Part shown: positions 9,329 through 19,393 of the stretch, one piece after another | How the letters are laid out: every line of letters begins with the position of its first letter | How positions within the stretch are numbered: position 1 is the first letter of the stretch | Position numbers and translations under genes: made by a program | NCBI RefSeq assembly: GCF_002707685.1 | Contig: NZ_PANQ01000002.1 | Strand: one strand, 5' to 3' | From: Porticoccus sp. | GTDB lineage: Bacteria; Pseudomonadota; Gammaproteobacteria; Pseudomonadales; Porticoccaceae | Length of the DNA: 64,000 bases | The notes under the pieces: generated by a model | Database searches by the model: none | Told to the model about the DNA's origin: nothing | The model's input: the letters and a program-made list of their open reading frames with translations, nothing else

Positions 9329-11169
9329 AGGTCCGGCCCCATGGACAGGTGAATCCGGAATGCCTGCTCCGAGGTGTCGGGGAAGGCCAGGTCCAGCCTG
9401 ATCGGTCCCAGTGGCGAACGCCAGCGCAATCCGACACCAAAGCTTCTCTTGAGGGTAAAGCTGCTGTTGTCAAAGGCGTTGCCCACATCGTAAAAAACGG
9501 CGAGGGCATAGTTCTTGTAAACCGGGTAGTCGTATTCCACAGAGGCGGTCAATAAATGCCGCCCGCCGACCACATCGCCACCATCATTCAGCGGTCCCAA
9601 TTCCTCGTAGTCATAGCCGCGGACACTGTTGTCACCACCGGCAAAAAACCGGAATGAGGAGGGCATCTCCTCAAAATTACTCATCAGACTCAGGCCACCT
9701 TCCAACCGCCCCAATAACCGACCGCCGAGCAGCGGTAGAATATATTTGCCACTGCCCTGCAATTGCAGGAAAGACAGGTCTGAGCCAAGGGACTCGGCGG
9801 CACCCCGCAGGCTGAAACGGGTGCGCCAGCCAGTGAAGGGGTAGGCCGGGTTGTCTGCGCGGGTTTTCTGCCAGCCGATACCGGGTACTACCAGTTCCGT
9901 GCTACTCCGGTCATCACCCACTGCAAAGGATTCAACCCGATAAACCAGATCGAGGGTTCTGATCCAGCCGTTGTCCAGACTGCGGCTGTGGGCGGCACCG
10001 ACGAACCAGGTTTCGCTGTCGGCGCTGTCAGTGTCTTCTTCTTCCCAGCCGGTTTTGAGCGTGACAAATTCGGTATCCGGTTGTTGCAGGGGAATCTGGT
10101 ATTCCAGGCTGATGATGGATTTGACCCGGGATAACTGAGCGTCGGCCCCATAGCGATGCCCCTTTTGATTAGCCCGGTTGTTTCTGAATCCGATGCTGCC
10201 TCTTGGACCGGTATCCGTGGCAACTCCCACCCCCAGCGAGGTGCTGTAACGGGGCCCGGGGGTGAGCACCACCTGAACGGGGATCTGTTGAGTACCCCGT
10301 TCGGGTGGTAGCTGTGTGACGACGACCTGATCAAAATAACGGCTGTTGATCAGCGATTGTTGGAACTGGCCGAGCAGGGGGGCGTGAAAAGGGGTGGCGG
10401 CAGAAAACGGCAGAAACTGCGCCAGAAAAGCATCGTCAAAAACTGCCTGTTCAAAATTCACGGATCCAAAATGGTAGCGGGGGCCGCTATTGAAGCCGAG
10501 CAGTATGTCGGCACGCTGACTTTCGAGGCTGATCTGTAATTGCTGTCGGGTAAAATGACTTTCAGCATAACCGCGCTGTTGCGCCAGTTTTTGCAGGGAC
10601 TGTTTCAACGTTTCGTATTGGTCGTGATTCAACTGCTCACCGGTTTTTGGCAGCGATGTCTCCAGTAACCGGGCAAATGCCGGATCGTTCCTGGCATCCC
10701 CGTCAATCTCTACCTGTACCCGGTCCAGGGTGGTGGCTGTGCCCGGTGTTAACTCAATCGTTATTGTCCAGCACTGGTCGTTACTGGAAAGTGCGGAATG
10801 CCATCTGGCATGGTAGTACCCCAGTGCCTGCAGTGCCTGGCGGATTTTTTCGTCAGCGCCGTCGAGCAGTACAGCGCGACGCCGCTCGCTGATTTGACAG
10901 TGCTCGCTGCCCAGCCCCAGATGCTGGAGAATATTTTTCCTGACGACGGCGGAGACTTCGCCGGAAATAACAACGTTGGGTTGCGCCTGTGCCATAACCG
11001 CCGGGGCACTGGCCAGCCAGCCCAGTATCAATAATCTGCCCACCAGCAGGATCAGGCTTCGCAACCCCGGGAGGCCCGCCTTCTGGTGGGGTCCCGGGCA
11101 GACAGATTGGCAGAATGGGATGGGCAATGGCTGGGATCCGGTTGTCAATGTTATGCATGAAGCGGGCAA
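9325..11169 (-). CDS. tamA: Translocation and assembly module TamA (Omp85 family); true start probably about 100 nt downstream of the ORF start
   Basis: POTRA repeats, FFAGGDNSVRGY and GLRWRSPLGPIRLDLA. Confidence 0.93.
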   Translation of the reverse strand: MPASCITLTTGSQPLPIPFCQSVCPGPHQKAGLPGLRSLILLVGRLLILGWLASAPAVMAQAQPNVVISGEVSAVVRKNILQHLGLGSEHCQISERRRAVLLDGADEKIRQALQALGYYHARWHSALSSNDQCWTITIELTPGTATTLDRVQVEIDGDARNDPAFARLLETSLPKTGEQLNHDQYETLKQSLQKLAQQRGYAESHFTRQQLQISLESQRADILLGFNSGPRYHFGSVNFEQAVFDDAFLAQFLPFSAATPFHAPLLGQFQQSLINSRYFDQVVVTQLPPERGTQQIPVQVVLTPGPRYSTSLGVGVATDTGPRGSIGFRNNRANQKGHRYGADAQLSRVKSIISLEYQIPLQQPDTEFVTLKTGWEEEDTDSADSETWFVGAAHSRSLDNGWIRTLDLVYRVESFAVGDDRSSTELVVPGIGWQKTRADNPAYPFTGWRTRFSLRGAAESLGSDLSFLQLQGSGKYILPLLGGRLLGRLEGGLSLMSNFEEMPSSFRFFAGGDNSVRGYDYEELGPLNDGGDVVGGRHLLTASVEYDYPVYKNYALAVFYDVGNAFDNSSFTLKRSFGVGLRWRSPLGPIRLDLAFPDTSEQAFRIHLSMGPDL

Positions 11170-11308
11170 TCAAACAGGCTAAAGTGATGATACACGGGTT
11201 GTATTGCCGTTGCGCCCGATACTGCCACAGAGCATGCTGTGTTGTCGGGTTTGGCCGGGTGCTCGTGGATGGCCCTAACAGAATACCATCGAATAATAAG
11301 CGGAGATC

Positions 11309-12427
11309 GTGATGCAGATAGGGGTGCCGAAAGAGGTCAAAAACCATGAATACCGGGTCGGCCTGACGCCGGATTCCGTGCAGGAGTTGGTGTCCGCGGG
11401 GCATCAGGTGCTGGTGGAGCAGAATGCCGGGGCGGCCATCGATTTTGCCGACGAGGATTTCCGTCGCGCTGGTGCGGTTATTGTCCCTTCGGCGGCGGAG
11501 GTGTTTGCCCGGGCGGATATGATTGTCAAGATCAAGGAGCCCCAGCCGGATGAGTGCCAGATGCTGAAGACCGGACAGCTACTGTTCACCTACCTGCATC
11601 TGGCGGCCGATCCCCGCCAGGCTGAACTGTTGCTGAAATCCGGCGCCATTGCCATGGCTTACGAAACCGTAACTGATGATCGCGGGCATTTGCCGCTGCT
11701 GGCACCGATGTCTGAAGTGGCCGGTAGAATGGCCGTGCAGGCGGGTGCCCACCATCTGGAGAAAGCGCAGGGTGGTCGGGGCGTATTGCTGGGCGGTGTA
11801 CCCGGTGTAGCGCCGGCGAGGGTATTGATTCTCGGCGGCGGAGTCGTGGGTAGCAATGCGGCTGGTGTGGCGCTGGGCATCGGTGCCGATGTGACGATTA
11901 TGGACCGCTCTGTGGAACGGTTGCGTGAACTGGACCGGATGTTTCCGGCGTCGATTCGTTGCGTTTATGCCACTGCGGCGGCCATTGAGAATTACCTGCC
12001 GGAGGCCGACCTGGTGATTGGTGCCGTGCTTTTGCCGGGGGCATCAGCTCCCCGGCTGGTCACCCGGGAGATGGTCGGCCGGATGAAACCCGGCGCGGTG
12101 GTGGTGGATGTGGCGATTGATCAGGGCGGTTGTTTTGCCACCTCCCGGCCCACCTCCCATCAGGACCCCACCTATGTGGTGGATGGCGTGATCCACTACT
12201 GTGTCGCCAACATGCCGGGCGGCGTTGCCCGCACGGCCACCCAGGCCCTGAACAATGTAACTCTGCCGTTTGTTTTGCAACTGGCGGACAATCCTGTGCG
12301 TGCGTTGCTGACCAATGCCAATCTGCGCAACGGACTGACCATCCACTGTGGTCGCGTGACCCATAAAGCGGTAGCCGACTCCCTCGGCCACGATTTTACC
12401 GATGCCTTTGAAGCACTTAAAAAATAA
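11309..12427 (+). CDS. ald: Alanine dehydrogenase
   Basis: IGVPKEVKNHEYRVG, VDVAIDQGGC and HYCVANMPG. Confidence 0.97.
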   Translation: MMQIGVPKEVKNHEYRVGLTPDSVQELVSAGHQVLVEQNAGAAIDFADEDFRRAGAVIVPSAAEVFARADMIVKIKEPQPDECQMLKTGQLLFTYLHLAADPRQAELLLKSGAIAMAYETVTDDRGHLPLLAPMSEVAGRMAVQAGAHHLEKAQGGRGVLLGGVPGVAPARVLILGGGVVGSNAAGVALGIGADVTIMDRSVERLRELDRMFPASIRCVYATAAAIENYLPEADLVIGAVLLPGASAPRLVTREMVGRMKPGAVVVDVAIDQGGCFATSRPTSHQDPTYVVDGVIHYCVANMPGGVARTATQALNNVTLPFVLQLADNPVRALLTNANLRNGLTIHCGRVTHKAVADSLGHDFTDAFEALKK

Positions 12428-12576
12428 ACAGCACTGAAGAAACAGCAAGTACTTGAAAAAAGCGGGCGCCCGACCTGCTCCGACCCAGTTTCGGAAATAC
12501 CTGCCGGTAGTTGCAGCATTCCCCGGGAGCTGGGAGAATCCGCGCAGTTTTTTATCACGGTTGTTCAGAGGTTACA

Positions 12577-13119
12577 GTGACGAAGATCGGTTTGTTCTTT
12601 GGCAGTGACGAGGGAAATACCGAATCCATTGCCCACCGGGTTGTCTCCCGTCTGGGGGATGAGGTGGTGGATATTCACGATATCGGTGATGTCACCCAGT
12701 TGGAGTTTCTGCCCTATGACAAACTGATTCTGGGTATTCCCACCTGGGATTTCGGTCAGATTCAGTCGGACTGGGAGGACTTCTGGGACGATCTGGAGGC
12801 CATCGACTTTTCCGGCAAGACGGTCGCGTTTATTGGCCTGGGAGACCAGTTCGGTTACGGGGATTTCTTTCTCGATGCCATGGGTATGCTGCACGATGTG
12901 GTGGTGAAAACAGCAGATCGAGTGGTCGGTCACTGGCCCACGGCGGGCTACGAATTTGACGCTTCAAAAGCCATGGTTGCCGGACAGGCCCTGTTTGTCG
13001 GTCTGGGTATCGATGAAGACCAGCAGCCAGCTCTCAGCGCCGAACGACTCAATCGCTGGTGTCGGCAGATACACGGCGAGTTTGGTCTGGCGACGCCGAT
13101 GGTCGAGCTGGACGATTAG
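12577..13119 (+). CDS. Long-chain flavodoxin (GTG start after an AGAGG RBS)
   Basis: IGLFFGSDEGNTE, LGIPTWDFG and GLGDQFGY FMN-binding motifs. Confidence 0.92.
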   Translation: MTKIGLFFGSDEGNTESIAHRVVSRLGDEVVDIHDIGDVTQLEFLPYDKLILGIPTWDFGQIQSDWEDFWDDLEAIDFSGKTVAFIGLGDQFGYGDFFLDAMGMLHDVVVKTADRVVGHWPTAGYEFDASKAMVAGQALFVGLGIDEDQQPALSAERLNRWCRQIHGEFGLATPMVELDD

Positions 13120-13139
13120 TTGGCTATTCGGGAAATGCC

Positions 13140-14117
13140 TCAACTTTCCGCGACAAAGACCGCGCGGATCGGTCCCGGATGACCTTCGACCGTGCGGTCA
13201 TGATCGGTTGTGTCAAGGAAGTCCGGCAGGGATTCATAGGTCATCCATGCCGTTGAACGCTGCTCCTCGATAGACGTTCGGGTGCTGTCCACCAATCTTG
13301 GGTTCCGATAGCCGCATTTGCGCAACCAGCTGAGCAGGGTGTCCGCACTTGGCAGAAACCACACATTGCGCATTTTCGCGTAACGCCCTTCGGGCACCAG
13401 CACCTCGCCTGGACCGCCCTCAATAACCAGGGTTTCCAGTATCAGTTGGCCGCCCGGTCGCAGGCAGTCTTTCAATTCTTTGAGGTGGTCCATCGGCGAG
13501 CGGCGATGGTAGAACACGCCCATGGAAAATACGCTGTCAAAGCACTGCATTTCGGTCGGCAACTGCTCGATGCCGAGGGGCAGTACATCCACCGGTAGAT
13601 CGCCAAGGTAATGCTTTAATACATTGAATTGAAAGACAAATTTTGCGGATGGATCAATGCCGATCACCTGCCGCGCACCCTCGCCGAGCATCCGCCAGCA
13701 GTGGTAGCCATTGCCGCAACCCACATCGAGGACCAGCCGGTTTTTCAGCGGGGCGATGTGGGGCAACACCCGATCCCATTTCCAGTCCGAGCGCCACTCG
13801 GTATCAATGGTCAGGGCAAACAGCTGGTAGGGGCCCTTGCGCCAGGGATGAAGGCCCATCAGGGTCGTGTGCAGCTGTTGGCGCGTCTGCTCGTCGCAGT
13901 CCGCGACATCGCCTACCGTAACGGTGGACCGTAAATCGATCCGGGATGGCTCGAGCGGTGGCAGTTGCGCCAGTGTCGCCTGCCAGTCCGGCAGATCGCC
14001 CCAGCGCTCTACCGACATACCCTGGGCAAGCTGAGGAGGCAGCTGTGCGGCCCAGGCTTGCAGTGCGGGGTGTTCTGCGTTGGCGAGGCTGGTGAGCAGA
14101 GAGGAAAAATTGATCAT
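13140..14117 (-). CDS. cmoB: tRNA U34 carboxymethyltransferase CmoB
   Basis: PWRKGP, IDTEWRSDWKWDR, LDVGCGNGYH and RYAKMRNVWF. Confidence 0.96.
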   Translation of the reverse strand: MINFSSLLTSLANAEHPALQAWAAQLPPQLAQGMSVERWGDLPDWQATLAQLPPLEPSRIDLRSTVTVGDVADCDEQTRQQLHTTLMGLHPWRKGPYQLFALTIDTEWRSDWKWDRVLPHIAPLKNRLVLDVGCGNGYHCWRMLGEGARQVIGIDPSAKFVFQFNVLKHYLGDLPVDVLPLGIEQLPTEMQCFDSVFSMGVFYHRRSPMDHLKELKDCLRPGGQLILETLVIEGGPGEVLVPEGRYAKMRNVWFLPSADTLLSWLRKCGYRNPRLVDSTRTSIEEQRSTAWMTYESLPDFLDTTDHDRTVEGHPGPIRAVFVAES

Positions 14118-14152
14118 AGGGGCTTTTGGGTGTGTGGTTGATTGGTGGGCCG

Positions 14153-14884
14153 CTATTTTATGGCAATCAGCGAGGCGAAGTTGAAGCATTGAAACCAGAC
14201 ATCGACACTGCTGAAACCGGCCTCTCTGAGGCGCTGGCGGTGCACGGCGAGGGTTTCCGGGACCAGTACATCCTCCAGTGCGGAACGCTTCTGGCTGATT
14301 TCCAGCTCGCTGTAACCATTGGCCCGCTTGAAATGGTGGTGCAGTTCGATCATCAGTTGCTGGTGCTGGGGGTCCTCAAAGGCCACTTTCTCCGACAGCA
14401 CCAGCACGCCGCCGGGCTGCAGGCCATCACTGATACGCTGGAGCAGAGCGTTGCGCCGATCGACCGGAATAAACTGCAGGGTGAAATTCAGCACCGTCAT
14501 GGTGGCGTTGTGTACCGGGATCTGTTCAATATCGCCGCAGACCAGCTCCACGGGGATTTCCCCGTCATCATCGGCCAGAATCTCGCGGCACTGACTGAGC
14601 ATGGCAGCGCTGTTATCCACGGCAATAATCCGGCAGTCGCTGTGGCGAACATGGTGGCGCATGGCAAGGGTAGACGCCCCCAGGGAGCAACCCAGGTCGT
14701 AACATTGGCTGCCGGGCTGAACGTATCGCTCTGCCAGGGTGCCGGTCATGGCGATGATGGTTTCGTAGCCCGGCACCGAGCGCCGGATCATATCGGGAAA
14801 CACGCGGGCGACCGCCCGGTCGAAACGAAAACCGGCGATCTCCAGTTGTGGTGTGGCGAACAGGGTATCTTTCGTGCTGGTCAT
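14153..14884 (-). CDS. cmoA: Carboxy-S-adenosyl-L-methionine synthase CmoA
   Basis: FPDMIRRSVPGY, YDLGCSLGA and WFQCFNFAS. Adjacent to cmoB. Confidence 0.96.
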   Translation of the reverse strand: MTSTKDTLFATPQLEIAGFRFDRAVARVFPDMIRRSVPGYETIIAMTGTLAERYVQPGSQCYDLGCSLGASTLAMRHHVRHSDCRIIAVDNSAAMLSQCREILADDDGEIPVELVCGDIEQIPVHNATMTVLNFTLQFIPVDRRNALLQRISDGLQPGGVLVLSEKVAFEDPQHQQLMIELHHHFKRANGYSELEISQKRSALEDVLVPETLAVHRQRLREAGFSSVDVWFQCFNFASLIAIK

Positions 14885-15288
14885 GGGGCGTCGTTGTGTT
14901 CCAGCAGCAGCGGCGTGATGAGCTTGCGAACAGCGTCCGGCATTGGCCGGGAGCACTGGGCTGCGTAGTCAAACCACACCAGCACGGCCTCGCCCTTCGC
15001 CACCAGCACCTCTTTCTGGTGAGCCAGATGGGCCACCGTAAACGATTTGCTGCCGATTTTACTAATCCCGGTGGTAATGACGACCTCGCTGCCGAGGTGA
15101 ATCTGATGGACAAAATCCACGGCGATATGCGCGAGGATCATCGGCCAGTCAGCGGGGTTGAGGCTGGGGTGGACCAGTCGGAAAATATCGGCCCTGGCCG
15201 CTTCAAACCACACCGGCACGACGGTGTTGTTGATGTGACCGAGGGCGTCGGTTTCTGAAAATCGCGGCTGAATACGCAATTCAAACAT
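14881..15288 (-). CDS. Acyl-CoA thioesterase (4HBT/hotdog family)
   Basis: ETDALGHINN motif. Confidence 0.88.
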   Translation of the reverse strand: MFELRIQPRFSETDALGHINNTVVPVWFEAARADIFRLVHPSLNPADWPMILAHIAVDFVHQIHLGSEVVITTGISKIGSKSFTVAHLAHQKEVLVAKGEAVLVWFDYAAQCSRPMPDAVRKLITPLLLEHNDAP

Positions 15289-18206
15289 TACAGCGATACC
15301 GGGGTCAGTTGCAGGGCGTCTGCCAGACTGGCCTGATCGGGACTGGTGATCACGGCGGTACTGACATTCTCTGCCACCAGATAGGTGGCGGCCACCCGAC
15401 GCAGATCATCCAGTGTGGTTTCCCTGACCCGGTTGCGGAAGGTTTCCCTCACTTCGCGGCTGCGGCCATAGAGCTCCGCCTGAAAGGTTTCCTTGGCCTC
15501 GCCCGCCGGGGACCCGGGTTTGTCGATCGAGCTGATCACACCGAGAATGGCTTCTTCGACCTGTTGCCACTGGTGTGTTTCATTGTGCAGCCATTGCAGT
15601 GCCCGGTCGAAGTCACTGAGGGTGTCTTCGAGACGGGGGTCGCGGTATGAGAAGAAGCGGAACGCGGCGATGTTGTTTTCCTGGCTGGCCCCTCCGCCGT
15701 AGGCACCGCCCTGTTCGCGGATGGCGCGGTGCAAATAGCCATTGCGCAGAAAACCGCCCAGCACGGTCAGCGGTGCGGCATCCGGATGAGACAGGGGCAC
15801 CGTGGGGTAGGCTTTGGCGCAGAAATTGACTTGGGTGCTGGCCTTCCACAGCTCCGCCACCCGTCGATGCAGTTCCGGTTGCTGAAAGGCATTGAACCCT
15901 TCGCCGGTAATCGGTGTGAACTGCTGCTGAATGACTGCCTGATAGTCCGCCAGTCGGTCATTTTCGCCCACCACCAGAAATTGCCGCGGCGCGCTCAACA
16001 CCTGTCGGTGGATGGCGGCCAGTTCGGCGGCCAGCCTGTCCACCAGGGTGCTGTCGGACAGACTGCTATCCAGTTGTTTGATATAGCGGATACCTGCCAG
16101 GCCACCCCAGCGATGTGCCAGATCCGCGCCCGGGCTGATCCCGCTGCAGGCCGCCGCCATGGCCAGCTGGTGGCCACTGCCGGTGACGCTGGCCTCACGG
16201 CTGGCGCGGGTCTGGGCAATCAGTTCGCGGATCCGGTTCAGTTCATCGAAGCGAACCTGTTCCAGTGTCGCCTGCATGAGGTCGGTGAGTTCGGATTGAT
16301 GTCTGGCCAGTCCCTTGCTGGACAGAACCAGGTGTCCGGACAGATCCTGTGGGTTGTCCGGCTTGCCGCGAACGGTGGCGTAGGAGTGAATGCTGCCGCA
16401 CACTTTCGATTGCCATAGCTGGGTCGCCAGGTAATCCCGGTCGCCAATCCCCAGTTCTGTCAGGCTGTTGCAGTAGATCGGTAGCAGGTCGAGTTGTGCT
16501 TCGCTCAGGGCCGGCAGCGGCAACAGGATCTGTTGATAGACCAGACCGTTGGTGCCTGTGCCGTAACTGGTCAGGGCCAGTGGGCGGGTTTTTCGTTCAG
16601 TGGCCGCCACATAGTCCATATGCGTAGGAATGTCGTCCAGACCCACTTTGGGCAGGATGGCATCGTCATCCTTCTGTTGCTGACGCTGGTTGAGAATCTC
16701 GGCCTGTTCCACAATTGCCTGTTTGCCCGCGTCATCGAGATCGGCTTTGATGGCAGCGAGCTTGTCTGCTTCCTCTTTTTCACGGCGGGCGGACAGCTCC
16801 CGGTCCGGACTCATGGTGAGACGCACCCGGTGGGGGTTGTCCAGCAGTAGCCGGCGGGCAAGTTGCTTGATGTAGTCGGGGTCCTGGATCAGGCGCCTGA
16901 GTTTTTCCAGTACCGGGTCCAGGTTCAGCAATGCGATGGGGTCACCGCGGTGGGTGGCGCTGGTAAGTGCGGTCAGAAGCAGTTGCAGGCCATAGGGGAA
17001 ATTGCCGCCACCGATTTCACGCTGTTGCAGCTCCAGCTGGTGGAGGGAAGCCGCCAGTTGCTCTTCCGGGATGCCATTCTCTGCCACGTCCTCGAGCACC
17101 GAGAGCACCAGCGCCTGCAATGCATCGGCACGATCCGGTTCGCTACCCTCGATCCCGCAGACAAAGCAGAGCTCGCGCTGGGAGTCATCCAGCCCGCACA
17201 GTGGCGAGGGCGATGAACCCAGTTCGGTGGTTTCCAGTGCCTTTAGCAGCGGGGAGGCGCTGTTGTCGAGCAACACGCTGCACAGCAGGTGTGCCTCCAT
17301 GGTGGCTTCCAGGTCGGTGGCCTTGCCGAGCAACCAGCCCATCACGATGTGGGTGCGGTTGTCGCTGCTGCCTTCCTCGTTGAACGGATAGCTGGCTTCA
17401 ACAGTCACCGGGTCGCTGTAGCGCTGTTCGTCGGGGACGGAGATTTCCGTGTCCAGCCGGTCGAAACGCTGCAGGGCATGGTTTTCAATGTCGGTCTGCA
17501 GCTCCGTCACCGGTATATCGCCGAAGGTCATGAAAATGGCATTGGTGGGATGGTAGTGGGTTTTATAGAAAGCCTTTAATTGCGTGTAACTGAGATCGGG
17601 TATACGGGCCGGATCGCCGCCGCTGTTGTAGTGATAGGTGGTGGTGGGGTAGAGGTGTTCGCAGAGGGTCTGCCACAGGGTCGAGGGCACGGAACTCATG
17701 GCCCCTTTCATTTCGTTATAAACCACGCCCTTGTAGACCAGCGGCGAGTCGGTATTGCCGGGCTCGGCAAATTCCACCCGGTGGCCTTCCTGGCGGAAAT
17801 CCAGTTCGTCCAGTCGCGAAAAAAATACCGCGTCCAGATAGACATCCAGCAGGTTGTCAAAATCCTTGCGGTTCTGGCTGGCAAAGGGGTAGGCCGTCCA
17901 GTCAGAGCTGGTAAGGGCGTTCATAAAGGTATTCAGGGATCGTCGAATCATCATGAAAAAAGGATCGCGTACCGGGTATTTTTCGCTGCCGCAAAGGGCA
18001 GTGTGTTCCAGTATGTGGGCTACCCCGGTGGAGTCCTCGGGCACGGTGCGCAACGCCACCAGAAAAACGTTTTCCGGATTGTCGGCGTTGATATGAATAT
18101 GCTGGGCACCGGTTTTTCGGTGGCGGTATTCCGCCACGTCAATATTCAGGGAGTCGATGCGCTCGCTGCGCAGAAACTCAAAGGCGGGATGTGCCTGTGT
18201 CGTCAT
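15288..18206 (-). CDS. M16C (insulinase/presequence protease-like) zinc metallopeptidase
   Basis: Inverted zinc motif HILEH, plus VRDPFFMM and REQGGAYGG. 972 aa. Confidence 0.92.
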   Translation of the reverse strand: MTTQAHPAFEFLRSERIDSLNIDVAEYRHRKTGAQHIHINADNPENVFLVALRTVPEDSTGVAHILEHTALCGSEKYPVRDPFFMMIRRSLNTFMNALTSSDWTAYPFASQNRKDFDNLLDVYLDAVFFSRLDELDFRQEGHRVEFAEPGNTDSPLVYKGVVYNEMKGAMSSVPSTLWQTLCEHLYPTTTYHYNSGGDPARIPDLSYTQLKAFYKTHYHPTNAIFMTFGDIPVTELQTDIENHALQRFDRLDTEISVPDEQRYSDPVTVEASYPFNEEGSSDNRTHIVMGWLLGKATDLEATMEAHLLCSVLLDNSASPLLKALETTELGSSPSPLCGLDDSQRELCFVCGIEGSEPDRADALQALVLSVLEDVAENGIPEEQLAASLHQLELQQREIGGGNFPYGLQLLLTALTSATHRGDPIALLNLDPVLEKLRRLIQDPDYIKQLARRLLLDNPHRVRLTMSPDRELSARREKEEADKLAAIKADLDDAGKQAIVEQAEILNQRQQQKDDDAILPKVGLDDIPTHMDYVAATERKTRPLALTSYGTGTNGLVYQQILLPLPALSEAQLDLLPIYCNSLTELGIGDRDYLATQLWQSKVCGSIHSYATVRGKPDNPQDLSGHLVLSSKGLARHQSELTDLMQATLEQVRFDELNRIRELIAQTRASREASVTGSGHQLAMAAACSGISPGADLAHRWGGLAGIRYIKQLDSSLSDSTLVDRLAAELAAIHRQVLSAPRQFLVVGENDRLADYQAVIQQQFTPITGEGFNAFQQPELHRRVAELWKASTQVNFCAKAYPTVPLSHPDAAPLTVLGGFLRNGYLHRAIREQGGAYGGGASQENNIAAFRFFSYRDPRLEDTLSDFDRALQWLHNETHQWQQVEEAILGVISSIDKPGSPAGEAKETFQAELYGRSREVRETFRNRVRETTLDDLRRVAATYLVAENVSTAVITSPDQASLADALQLTPVSL

Positions 18207-18292
18207 ATTCGGACCTCGGTTATCGGGTGTTCGGGCAAAGGGCCATTCTACCTGTGGGCCGGGTGCTTAGCCACGCCGGATATGGGGTGGGG

Positions 18293-19258
18293 TCAGACCA
18301 GCGCCAGTGCTTTAAGGGTCAGTAAACCGCCGGTGACGGTCAGCATGCCCAACAGGGTCGACAGCACTACCATATTGGCGGCCAGCTCGCCGTTGCCCCC
18401 CATGGACTTCACCTGAATAAAGCTGGCCACCGCTGTGGGTGTTGAGGTCAGCAAAAACAGGATTCCCAGTGCCATGCCACTGACACCGAGCCAGGCGGCC
18501 GTGCCGACAATCAGCAGCGGTGTCACCACCAGTTTCAGTATAGCTGCAGTAAGTGTGCTGGCACCGGAGTGTTTCAGTGCCCTGAGGTTCATTGAGGCGC
18601 CAATGCAGAGTAGTGCCAGTGGCAGGGTCATCTGGGCAAAGTAGTTGCCGGTGTCCTCCAGAAGGGCTGGTAATGGCAGCCCGCCGAGCTTGAACAGAAA
18701 GCCCAGAGCGATCCCGATCAGTAGCGGGTTGGTGAGTGTATTGCGCAGCATCCTCCTCATCGGAGATTGGCCGTCACCGGTCTGGATGGGGTTGAGCGCC
18801 ACTACTGCGAGTACGTTGTACAGCACGGTCAACAGGGCAATGGGCAGAGCGGCGGTTGCCAGACCAGTCTGCCCATAGGCATTGCCACAAAATGCCAGCC
18901 CGATGACCGCCAGATTACCCCGGAAAACACCCTGTACGAAGATGCCGCAATCGGCCTTGTTTTCGCCATTGAATAACCGGCCAATGGGCCAGGCCAGGGC
19001 GAATATCAACACCGTCAGGGGGATCGCCACCAGCAAGGGCAAACCCATGGCAACGCTTCCCATATCTGCCCGGTAGATACTGAGAAACAGAATCACCGGC
19101 AGCCCCACCTTGAATACCAGGTCGGATGCCGGCTGGATAAACGCGGTGGGAATCAGGCCGACTTTTTTCAGCAGCAGACCCAGCAGGACCACCAGGAAAA
19201 TCGGGCCGGTAATTGACAGCGCAAAGCCCAGCAGGGCGAGGGGAGCGGTTTCGTTCAT
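18293..19258 (-). CDS. AEC (auxin efflux carrier-like) family transporter
   Basis: About 10 TM segments with FRGNLAVIGL, NPLLIG and PTAVAS motifs. Confidence 0.88.
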   Translation of the reverse strand: MNETAPLALLGFALSITGPIFLVVLLGLLLKKVGLIPTAFIQPASDLVFKVGLPVILFLSIYRADMGSVAMGLPLLVAIPLTVLIFALAWPIGRLFNGENKADCGIFVQGVFRGNLAVIGLAFCGNAYGQTGLATAALPIALLTVLYNVLAVVALNPIQTGDGQSPMRRMLRNTLTNPLLIGIALGFLFKLGGLPLPALLEDTGNYFAQMTLPLALLCIGASMNLRALKHSGASTLTAAILKLVVTPLLIVGTAAWLGVSGMALGILFLLTSTPTAVASFIQVKSMGGNGELAANMVVLSTLLGMLTVTGGLLTLKALALV

Positions 19259-19337
19259 AACAGCCGATCAGAGAAACTGTCCATCATCATACCAGCCCGG
19301 TTGCCCTGACAATATGGCGGGTCTATTGCACTGACAT

Positions 19338-19366
19338 AAAAAAACCTCCACCGCTGGGGTGGAGGT
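19338..19366 (-). terminator. Intrinsic terminator of the TonB-dependent receptor gene
   Basis: Minus strand reads ACCTCCACC-CCAGC-GGTGGAGGT followed by a T run. Confidence 0.85.
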
Positions 19367-19393
19367 ATCAAGGTCTGAAGGTGGGATTGGCAA